From the NCBI GenBank assembly GCA_038209745.1, contig JBBQXJ010000009.1, positions 1 through 64,000 of the forward strand: 64,000 nucleotides of DNA, read 5' to 3'. Positions within the stretch are counted from its first letter, which is position 1. Every line of letters starts with the position of its first letter. The notes beneath the pieces are model-generated. The model did not search any database. It was not told where the DNA came from and saw only the letters and a list, made by a program, of their open reading frames with translations. A program made the translations under genes and the position numbers. Shown here one piece after another: positions 1-7,731 of the stretch. The DNA comes from Verrucomicrobiota bacterium. Its GTDB lineage: Bacteria; Verrucomicrobiota; Verrucomicrobiia; Limisphaerales; CANJSG01.

Positions 1-1
1 T

Positions 2-100
2 GCCGTCCTTCGGCGCATACTCGCAGCGCGTCACCCGCCACTGCCGGCCCAAACCGAGGAGTTCATGAAACAATTGCTCAGGTGTCATCCCCCTTGCTGA
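2..100 (+). CDS. Possible 3' end of a CDS truncated by the window edge
   Basis: Open frame from position 2 (AVLRRILAARHPPLPAQTEEFMKQLLRCHPPC) to TGA at 98-100; no recognisable motif. Confidence 0.3.
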   Translation, partial: AVLRRILAARHPPLPAQTEEFMKQLLRCHPPC

Positions 101-150
101 CCCATCTCCTACCCTCTACCCACTGAAAACAGCGAGGAACCCGTTTTGAG

Positions 151-588
151 ATGGAGCAATGGCTTCCGCGCCCGAGAACCGAGGTCTTCCCGTTTTTCGC
201 CGACGCCGCGAATCTCCAGGCGATCACGCCGCCCTGGCTGGACTTCAAGGTCGTCACTCCTGGGCCGGTCACGATGCGGCCGGGAGCGCTGATCGACTAC
301 CGGCTCAAGCTGCGGGGAATTCCCATCGGTTGGCGCACGGAGATCTCGGTTTGGGAACCGCCGTTCCGCTTCGTCGACCGGCAGTTGAAGGGCCCCTATC
401 GCCAGTGGATCCACGAGCACACTTTCGAGGAGAAGGACGGCGGAACCCTCTGCCGGGACCAAGTGGACTATGCGGTCCCGGGCGGGGCATTGGTGAACCG
501 CTTCTTCGTCCGGCGCGATGTGGAGACGATCTTCGCGTATCGTCGGGAGAAGCTGGACCGGATGTTTGGCAACCCGTCTGTGTCCTGA
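151..588 (+). CDS. SRPBCC (START-like) family protein
   Basis: EQWLPRPRTEVFPFFADAANLQAITPPWLDF...WRTEISVWEPPFRFVDRQLKGPYRQWIHEHTF pattern typical of this SRPBCC subfamily. Confidence 0.85.
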   Translation: MEQWLPRPRTEVFPFFADAANLQAITPPWLDFKVVTPGPVTMRPGALIDYRLKLRGIPIGWRTEISVWEPPFRFVDRQLKGPYRQWIHEHTFEEKDGGTLCRDQVDYAVPGGALVNRFFVRRDVETIFAYRREKLDRMFGNPSVS

Positions 589-1013
589 AACGGCGGCGGC
601 GAGGCTCGGTCCGGCGCTTCCTTCCTCACCGGATGCAATGCGTGGATGACGCTCGGCTGGCGATTGGAGCCTAGCGTCTCGCTGGACCCGATCGCGGCTC
701 GACCGGTCGGACATCTCACGCGCATCGATTCCGTCCAGCTCGGGGTTGAAGCCGACCGACTCCACGGCCCCTGCGACACCGGGTCTCCTTGAGCGTTCTC
801 GATTTCGTGTTGCAGGATCTCGGCGCACTGAACCGGAGCCCAGGCCGAAACGACCGCCGAAAGCTCGCCGAATATCTCGCCGGGATCCGGAAGATCGAGA
901 CACAGATCGAGAAGTCTGAACGCTGCAAACTGCCAGGAGCCACCATCGGCGAACGCGCCCATGTTCCGGACGACCCCACGAGTCCTGGGTTTCGGTTTTT
1001 GGTGCCCCCGTAA
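589..1013 (+). pseudogene. Degenerate DUF1552-family gene fragment (two pieces in different frames, internal deletion)
   Basis: 589-792 reads GGGEARSGASFLTGCNA...SVSLDPIAARPVGHLTRIDSVQLGVEADRLHGPCDTG; 789-1013 reads SVLDFVLQDLGALNRSPGRNDRRKLAEYLAGIRKIETQIEKSE; both resemble successive DUF1552 blocks; no credible start for the first piece. Confidence 0.7.
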
Positions 1014-1068
1014 TGGGGTCTCTGCTGGCTGCTGACAGCTCGAGGGACGCCCGCTAGCGTCTAGGCCG

Positions 1069-2322
1069 ATGAACTTCTCCACTGCGGCTCCGCCTCCCGC
1101 CGGCGCTGTTTCTTCGGCTTCGAATCCGGGAGCGTTCCCCGCCGGGCGGCTGGGTTCCATCGACGTCTACCGGGGCTTGGTGATGTTCCTCATGATCGGG
1201 GAGCTGTTCCATTTTGGGCGGGTTGCCCGGGAACTCCACGCGGCCGGTTCTCCCAGCGGATTCTGGGACTTCCTCGCGCACCATCAGGACCACGTGGACT
1301 GGGTGGGATGCGTGCTGCACGACATGATCCAGCCGTCGTTTTCGTTCCTCGTTGGAGTGGCGCTGCCGTTCTCCATCGCTTCGCGATTGGCCAAAGGCCA
1401 GGCGCCCATCCGCATGTGGGGTCACGCGGTCTGGCGGGCGCTGATCCTCGTGTTGCTCGGGGTGTTTCTGAGATCGACCGGCACGGACCAAACGAACTGG
1501 ACGCTGGAGGACACGCTGTCGCAGATCGGCCTCGGCTACCCGATTCTCTTCGCGCTCGGCTTCGCAAAGCCAAGGGTGCAGTGGATCGGTCTGGCCGTCG
1601 TCCTAGTCGGCTATTGGCTGGCTTTCGCGCTGTATCCGGTGGCGCCGGACTTTGAGTACGCGTCGGTCGGGGTGTCGGCCGATTGGCTCAAGGAACACGG
1701 TCTCACCGGCTTCGCCGCGCACTGGCAGAAGAACAGCAACTTCGCCTGGGCCGCCGATACCAGGATCCTCAACTGGTTTCCGCGTCCCGAACTTTGGCGC
1801 TTCAACGGCGGCGGCTACGCCACGCTCAGCTTCATTCCCACGCTGGGCACGATGTTGCTGGGCTTGATCGCCGGCGGCGTGATCCGCGGCGAACGGACTC
1901 CGATGGCGAAGGTCCGCTGGTTCGTGGCGGCCGGGTGCGTCGCGCTGGTGGCGGGTTGGGCGCTTGGTGCCCTGGGAATCTGCCCGGTGGTGAAGCGGAT
2001 CTGGACGCCGAGCTGGACGCTCTTCAGCGGCGGTTGGTGTTTCCTGTTCCTCGCCGGTTTCTACTTCGTGGTCGACGTCGTCGGGATGAAGAAGTGGGCG
2101 TTCGCGCTGCGGGTCATCGGCGTCAATTCCATCGCCGCCTATCTCATCGCGCACCTTTGGGACGGGTTCATCTCCCGAAACCTTTCGACCCATCTCGGGC
2201 GCAATTTCTTTTCGTTCGCCGGCGCGCCCTACGAGTCGTTCTTCCACGGCACGGCGACGTTTCTCGTGATCTGGCTGATCCTGTTCTGGATGGAGCGGAG
2301 GAAGCTTTTCCTGCGGATCTAG
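1069..2322 (+). CDS. Membrane acyltransferase, HGSNAT-like/DUF5009 family
   Basis: RLGSIDVYRGLVMFLM, HVDWVGCVLHDMIQPSFSFLVGVALPFS, PVVKRIWTPSWTL, GVNSIAAY; multiple TM helices. Confidence 0.85.
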   Translation: MNFSTAAPPPAGAVSSASNPGAFPAGRLGSIDVYRGLVMFLMIGELFHFGRVARELHAAGSPSGFWDFLAHHQDHVDWVGCVLHDMIQPSFSFLVGVALPFSIASRLAKGQAPIRMWGHAVWRALILVLLGVFLRSTGTDQTNWTLEDTLSQIGLGYPILFALGFAKPRVQWIGLAVVLVGYWLAFALYPVAPDFEYASVGVSADWLKEHGLTGFAAHWQKNSNFAWAADTRILNWFPRPELWRFNGGGYATLSFIPTLGTMLLGLIAGGVIRGERTPMAKVRWFVAAGCVALVAGWALGALGICPVVKRIWTPSWTLFSGGWCFLFLAGFYFVVDVVGMKKWAFALRVIGVNSIAAYLIAHLWDGFISRNLSTHLGRNFFSFAGAPYESFFHGTATFLVIWLILFWMERRKLFLRI

Positions 2323-2332
2323 GAAACGTGCG

Positions 2333-3736
2333 ATGAATCCGAGCACCCCGGCCCAGACCCGGCGGCAATTCGTTCGACGCATGCTCCTTTCTACGCTGGT
2401 CTGCGGTCTCGGGTCGTCGTGCACGGTGTCTCCGGATGCCCACGCGACCCCGGCCTCCGCGGCCGACCTCGCCTTCCTCCGTGAAATCGCCCGAGAAGTG
2501 CTCGACAGCGCCCGCATCCGACCGGGCGACCGCATCCCGGGTGGTGCCAAGAACACGACGGGCCAAACGCTGCGCGCACCGGGTGGCACGCTGAACTACT
2601 ACCCTGCGTTCTGGATCCGCGACGCCGCGATGATGCTGGGCGGCGAATTCGTTCCGGCCGAAGAGATCGAAGGCTGGGTGCGCCTGATCGCCTCCACCCA
2701 GCCCGGCGCCGACGGGTTGCGGTTTGGGCGGCTGGTGATTCCGCCCTACAGCATCCCCGATCACATCACCCTCGCCGGCGAAGCCTGCTGGTATCCCGGC
2801 GCGTATGCCGAGCAGGGCAACGGCACCTACGGATTCCTGCCGCCGGCGGACGACGCGTTCTTCTTCATTCAAATGGTCTGCGAACACGGGCGGCTGAGCG
2901 GCTCCGTGGCGTTCTTCCGCTCGGTCGTGAAGACGGGCTGGGGCGAACAGCGCCTCTCCGAAGTCTGCGTAAAGGCGTTCGATTCCGTCGCGGTCGATGC
3001 TGCGACCGGTCTGGTCGTCTGCGAATCCGCCGAAGGCCGGACGCGGGTCGACTGGGGATTCTGCGACTCCATCCGCAAGACCGGCCTGTGCCTCATGCCG
3101 TCGCTGCTCCGTTGGCGTTCCGCGCGGGCTCTTGCGGCGCTCCTGGAAAGCAGCGGAAATACGCGCGAAGCCAGACGCCTTCGCGCTGAAGCCAAGAAGA
3201 TCCAATCCAAACTCGCGCCGACGTTTTACCGGGAATTGGCGCCATCCGACTCCGGGAAAACGGGCTGCCTGCTCTCGGCCACGGAGCTGGGACGGAAAGA
3301 CGACGTTTGGGCCTCGGCCTTTGCAATATGGCTCGGAGTGCTCCCGCGCGAAACCGAGCGCCGCGTTGCGCGCCATCTGCTCGCGGTCTTCGAAGCGGGT
3401 GACATCGTCGCCGAAGGGCAGGTGCGGCATCTGCCGCTTTCCGGCGAGCTCGGCGGCCACTGGGAATCGGCGTTGAGCGGTCCGGATCATTACCAGAACG
3501 GCGGCTATTGGGGCACCCCGGCGGGTTGGTTGATCGTGGCCTTGCGTCGGGTGAATGCCTCGGCTGGCGACCGCCTTCTCGCCGAATATGTCGCACACCT
3601 TCGTGCCCACCGTGACGAGGGCGCGCCGTGGGAGTGGATCAATCCGGCTCTCAATCTGCGCGCCAATCCGCGCTACGGTTCCTCGGCTGGATTGGTTTCC
3701 GTGTCCCTGCTGAACGCGGCCCACGAATTCCGTTGA
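2333..3736 (+). CDS. Tat-signal lipoprotein with probable (alpha/alpha)6 glycoside-hydrolase-like fold
   Basis: TRRQFVRR twin-arginine motif, LGSSC lipobox-like site, YYPAFWIRDAAM, WGFCDSIRKTG, YQNGGYWGTPAGW, PWEWIN. Confidence 0.7.
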   Translation: MNPSTPAQTRRQFVRRMLLSTLVCGLGSSCTVSPDAHATPASAADLAFLREIAREVLDSARIRPGDRIPGGAKNTTGQTLRAPGGTLNYYPAFWIRDAAMMLGGEFVPAEEIEGWVRLIASTQPGADGLRFGRLVIPPYSIPDHITLAGEACWYPGAYAEQGNGTYGFLPPADDAFFFIQMVCEHGRLSGSVAFFRSVVKTGWGEQRLSEVCVKAFDSVAVDAATGLVVCESAEGRTRVDWGFCDSIRKTGLCLMPSLLRWRSARALAALLESSGNTREARRLRAEAKKIQSKLAPTFYRELAPSDSGKTGCLLSATELGRKDDVWASAFAIWLGVLPRETERRVARHLLAVFEAGDIVAEGQVRHLPLSGELGGHWESALSGPDHYQNGGYWGTPAGWLIVALRRVNASAGDRLLAEYVAHLRAHRDEGAPWEWINPALNLRANPRYGSSAGLVSVSLLNAAHEFR

Positions 3737-3813
3737 GCGCACCAGAAAGGCGGATTATTGCGTTTGACCCTTGTTTCGCGACGCGGATACGTTCCGCGTT
3801 CACTTTTACCGTT

Positions 3814-5493
3814 ATGATCGGAACTTTACGCCGTCATCAGAGCTGGGTGTGGATCGCCGCGATTCCCATCATCATCGTCTCGTTTGTCGTTTTCTATAGC
3901 CCGGCGGGACGGAGCCGGTCGGGTGGTCCGAAGACCGACCGCGGCATGATCAGCGACCGGCCGATCACCGAGCAGGAGTTCCGCGATTCATGGAGGGAGC
4001 TGGAGATCCTCTACTTCTTCCGCAACCGCAAGTGGCCCGAGACGGCCGACTTCAAGAAGGTCGGCATCGACCCCGAGCGCGAAGCCTACAACCGCATCCT
4101 CATCCATGAGCTGATGCGCAAGAACCACGTGGAGATCCCGCCCGAAGCGATCGCCGCGTGGATCAAGACCGTGTTCCGTGCCGGTGAAGGCGAACCTTTC
4201 AATCGCGGAATCTACGACACCTTCCTGGCCGAGATCGCCAGGCACGGGGCCAGGGCGTCCGACCTCGAACGGTTCGCCCGTCTGGAAATCGGCCGCGACC
4301 ACCTCGGGGCCGTCTTCGGTGCCTCCGGCGACCTGGTGACCCCGATGGAGGCCCAAGCCGCCTTCCATCGCGAACATGACCTGATGGTCACCGAGATGGT
4401 GACCTTCCCGGCGACGAATTTCCTGTCGCTCGTGAAGGTCGACCCGAGCGCCCTTTCCACCTACTACACGAACCATGCCGCCGACTACCGCATCCCGGAG
4501 AAGCGCACGGCCAGCTACGTTGCCTTCCCCTACACCAACTATCTGGCGGAGGTGGACAAGGACATCGCCAGCATCACCAACCTCCAGGAGCGGCTCGAAC
4601 AACAGTATCTCCAAGCAGGGGTGACCAACTTCACCGACGAAGCCACGGGGCGCATCCTGTCCAAAGAAGACGCGCTCGCCAAAATGACCTCCGATGGACG
4701 TGAACAGGCCGCGGCGGCCAAAGCACGCCGGGCCGCCGCCGTGTTGATCAACCAGATCTTCGCCGCGACCTCCCCCACCAATCTCTCCGCGAACATGGGC
4801 CTGCTGCGGACGGTCGCCGCGACCAATGACCTCAAGGTCCAGATGTCCGCTCCCTTCGACCGGAATGGCCAACCCCCGGGATTGGACGTGCCCGCCGACT
4901 TCGCCGCGGGCGCTTTCGGGATCACCGCCATGAAGCCCGTTCCCTCCTCTCCCGTGATGGGTAAAACAGCGGCCTACGTGGTCGCCCAAGGACAGATTGT
5001 CCCAAGCCGTCTCCAGTCCATGGCCGAGGTCCAGACCGAAGTAGCGGCCGCGTTCAAAGCCGCCGAATCCGTGAGACTCGCCCGCGATGCGGGCCTGATG
5101 TTCGCCGCGTCGGTCACCAACGCCGTCAATGCCGGCAAGAAATTCTCCGAGCTCGCCGCCGCCGCCGGATTCAAGGTCGAGTCCGTACCTCCCTTCTCCG
5201 TCAGCAGCACCGACCTTCCGGGATTGGACCGCTCCCTCCCGCTGGGCTTCTTCCAGCAGGTCGGCTTCGCCATGAAGCCCGGAGAGACCAGTCCCTACCG
5301 TCAGGCCGGCCGCGTCGGCGTCGTCCTTCACCTCGCGGAGCGCAAGCCCGCGGATGAAGCCACGCTCAAGGCGGATCTTCCCGCCTTCACCAAGCGCATC
5401 CAGACGCAGCGCCAGTCCCAGGCGTTCATGGACTGGGTCAACCGCCAGGCCAAAGCGCTGAACCTGTCCCTGCCGCAACCGGCCGGATCCTGA
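3814..5493 (+). CDS. SurA N-terminal domain / PpiD-like periplasmic chaperone
   Basis: Start reassigned to MIGTLRRHQSWVW; N-terminal TM anchor, DYRIPEKRTASYVAF, C-terminal QAFMDWV. Confidence 0.75.
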   Translation: MIGTLRRHQSWVWIAAIPIIIVSFVVFYSPAGRSRSGGPKTDRGMISDRPITEQEFRDSWRELEILYFFRNRKWPETADFKKVGIDPEREAYNRILIHELMRKNHVEIPPEAIAAWIKTVFRAGEGEPFNRGIYDTFLAEIARHGARASDLERFARLEIGRDHLGAVFGASGDLVTPMEAQAAFHREHDLMVTEMVTFPATNFLSLVKVDPSALSTYYTNHAADYRIPEKRTASYVAFPYTNYLAEVDKDIASITNLQERLEQQYLQAGVTNFTDEATGRILSKEDALAKMTSDGREQAAAAKARRAAAVLINQIFAATSPTNLSANMGLLRTVAATNDLKVQMSAPFDRNGQPPGLDVPADFAAGAFGITAMKPVPSSPVMGKTAAYVVAQGQIVPSRLQSMAEVQTEVAAAFKAAESVRLARDAGLMFAASVTNAVNAGKKFSELAAAAGFKVESVPPFSVSSTDLPGLDRSLPLGFFQQVGFAMKPGETSPYRQAGRVGVVLHLAERKPADEATLKADLPAFTKRIQTQRQSQAFMDWVNRQAKALNLSLPQPAGS

Positions 5494-5497
5494 TCCC

Positions 5498-6355
5498 GTG
5501 GCCGGCACCATCAAGCTCTCGTCCCCCGAGACCCACGAATTCTGGGAGATCGACGTCCTGCACGAGGACGAACATCTCCTGGCCCTCCACAAACCGGCGC
5601 GCCTTCTGGTCTCGCCGGACGTGGACAATCCCGAACGTCCGAACCTGATGCAGCTCCTGCACGGGTCCATCGCAGCGGGGAAACCGTGGGCGGTCGAGCG
5701 CGGAACAACCTACCTGTCGAACGTCCATCGGCTCGACTTCGAAGCCACGGGCGTTCTTCTGCTGGCCAAAGACAAAGCCACGGCCACCGCCCTCGGAGAC
5801 CTCTTCGGCTCGGAGAAGCCGGTGCTCGAATTCCTCGCCATCGTGAACGGACGGCCCTTGGAAGCGTCCTTCATCGGCGACGCCCCGCTCCTGCCGCATC
5901 CCATGCAGCCCGGGGTGATGCGCGTGGACTTCAACGAGGGCAAAAAGAGCATCACCCAGTTCGATCTCGTCGAGGCCTTCAACGGCTATTCCCTGATGCG
6001 CTGCGTCCCGGTCACGAACCGCGCGCACCAGGTCCGTGCCCACCTCAAATGGGCCAAGATCCCCGTCTGCCAAGACGACGCCTACCAGGGCAAGCCCCTC
6101 TGGCTCTCCCGGCTCAAGCGGAAGTTCCATCTGAAACCCAATCGCGAAGAACGTCCGCTCACACCCCGCCTCGCCCTGCATGCCTCCCGCATGACGCTGA
6201 CGCATCCGACCACCGGGGCCGAGCTCACGATCGAATGCCCTCTCCCCAAGGATCTGGCCGTGGCCTTGAAGTATCTCCGGAAGTTCGCCGCCGAAGGCTC
6301 CGCGCTCCCCACCGACGACGACGGACCGTTTCCGTTTCCGTTCGCAGCCGAGTAG
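5498..6355 (+). CDS. RluA-family RNA pseudouridine synthase
   Basis: LALHKPARLLV, HRLDFEATGVLL (catalytic Asp), HQVRAHL, RLALHA. Confidence 0.9.
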   Translation: MAGTIKLSSPETHEFWEIDVLHEDEHLLALHKPARLLVSPDVDNPERPNLMQLLHGSIAAGKPWAVERGTTYLSNVHRLDFEATGVLLLAKDKATATALGDLFGSEKPVLEFLAIVNGRPLEASFIGDAPLLPHPMQPGVMRVDFNEGKKSITQFDLVEAFNGYSLMRCVPVTNRAHQVRAHLKWAKIPVCQDDAYQGKPLWLSRLKRKFHLKPNREERPLTPRLALHASRMTLTHPTTGAELTIECPLPKDLAVALKYLRKFAAEGSALPTDDDGPFPFPFAAE

Positions 6356-6498
6356 CGCCGTCCCGGCCCGGAGTCGTTCCCGACCGCTGTTCGGTGTCGG
6401 AGGGTCGACCTCCGCTCGTGGAACTGTGGAACTTGGGATCTTTGTCTCGTGCGTCTGCTCTCTTCCCTTCTCCGACTGCCTGACCTTAGCCTCCCGAC

Positions 6499-7731
6499 GT
6501 GCACAGCGGCTTTGAAACGGACCTCCGCGAGCGCCTGCAGATCCTCCAGGATCAGGGCCTGCACCGTTGTTTGCGCCCGCTCGATTCACCACAGGGCCGC
6601 GAAATCGCGATCAACGGCCGCACCCTCCTCAACTTCTCCTCCAACGACTATCTCGGCCTCGCCGCGCACCCGGCTTTGAAGGAAGCGGCTATTCGCGCGA
6701 CGGAGAAATGGGGCACCGGCAGCGGCGCTTCCCGCTTGATCTGCGGCTCGCTCGGGCCGCACGACGATCTCGAAGCCGCGCTCGCCGCCTTCAAACGCAC
6801 CGAAGCCGCCCTCACCTTTTCCTCCGGCTACGCCACCGCCATCGGCACGATCTGCGCGCTGTTGGAGAAGGACGACATCGTCGTCATCGACAAGCTCGTC
6901 CACGCCTGTTGTGTCGATGCGGCCCGCCAGTCCGGCGCCCGGCTCCGCGTCTTCGGCCACAACGATCTCGAAGACCTGGAGGATGTGCTCCGTTGGTCGC
7001 TCGAGCACCACCCGAACAGCCGCGTCCTCATCATCACCGAGAGTGTCTTCTCGATGGACGGAGACCTCGCTCCCCTCCGCGAAATGGTCGAGATGAAGGA
7101 GCGCTACGGCGCGTGGCTCATGGTGGACGAGGCCCATGCCACGGGCGTTCTAGGACAGGGCGGGCGCGGTCTGGCCGAAGCCCTCGGCGTCGGCCAACAC
7201 ATCGAGGTCCAGATGGGCACCCTCGGCAAATCCCTCGGCGCCGCCGGCGGCTACGTCTGCGGCTCACGCACGCTGGTCGACTTCCTCATCAACAAAGCCC
7301 GCAGCTTCATCTTTTCGACGGCTCCCCCGCCCATGGTCGCCGCTGCCGCCACCGTCGGCGTCGAGCTTTGCCAATCGGACGAGGGCGACCGGCGCCGACA
7401 ACAGCTCCAGCAACGCGTCGCGGAACTCTCCGTAGGCCTTGCCCCCTTGCCCGGCGAGACCGTCGCCGGAGACTTGCCGCGCAAGGATGGCCGGCCTACG
7501 AACGCGGCCGCGATCGTCCCCGTGATCATCGGAGACGAGACCGCGACCATGGAACTGGCCGCCAAGCTCCGCGAAGCCGGACTCTTCATCCCGGCGATCC
7601 GCTATCCCACCGTCGGGCGGAGCAAGGCGCGGCTGCGCATCACCTTCACCGCCGAGCACACCCCCGACGACGTCGCCCGCCTCGCCTCCGCCCTCAAGCA
7701 ACTCGCCCCCGCCCCGACATGGCAAAGCTGA
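6499..7731 (+). CDS. bioF: 8-amino-7-oxononanoate synthase
   Basis: NFSSNDYLGLA, GSGASRLICG, ESVFSMDGD, VDEAHATG, GTLGKSLG (PLP Lys), AIRYPTV. Confidence 0.95.
   Translation: MHSGFETDLRERLQILQDQGLHRCLRPLDSPQGREIAINGRTLLNFSSNDYLGLAAHPALKEAAIRATEKWGTGSGASRLICGSLGPHDDLEAALAAFKRTEAALTFSSGYATAIGTICALLEKDDIVVIDKLVHACCVDAARQSGARLRVFGHNDLEDLEDVLRWSLEHHPNSRVLIITESVFSMDGDLAPLREMVEMKERYGAWLMVDEAHATGVLGQGGRGLAEALGVGQHIEVQMGTLGKSLGAAGGYVCGSRTLVDFLINKARSFIFSTAPPPMVAAAATVGVELCQSDEGDRRRQQLQQRVAELSVGLAPLPGETVAGDLPRKDGRPTNAAAIVPVIIGDETATMELAAKLREAGLFIPAIRYPTVGRSKARLRITFTAEHTPDDVARLASALKQLAPAPTWQS
7431..7500. repeat. GTAG-type REP-like palindrome inside bioF
   Basis: CGTAGGCC...GGCCTACG, 70 nt; 30-nt arms match at 22/30 positions; read in frame as VGLAPLPGETVAGDLPRKDGRPT. 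Confidence 0.75.

Noticed and set aside
6400..6498. Faint 7-nt periodicity and a small hairpin between the RluA gene and bioF
   Set aside because: Too degenerate to support by eye
6567..7718. 902-aa ORF suggesting a long BioA fusion
   Set aside because: The N-terminal part is an Arg-rich alternative frame over bioF; BioA starts at 7719
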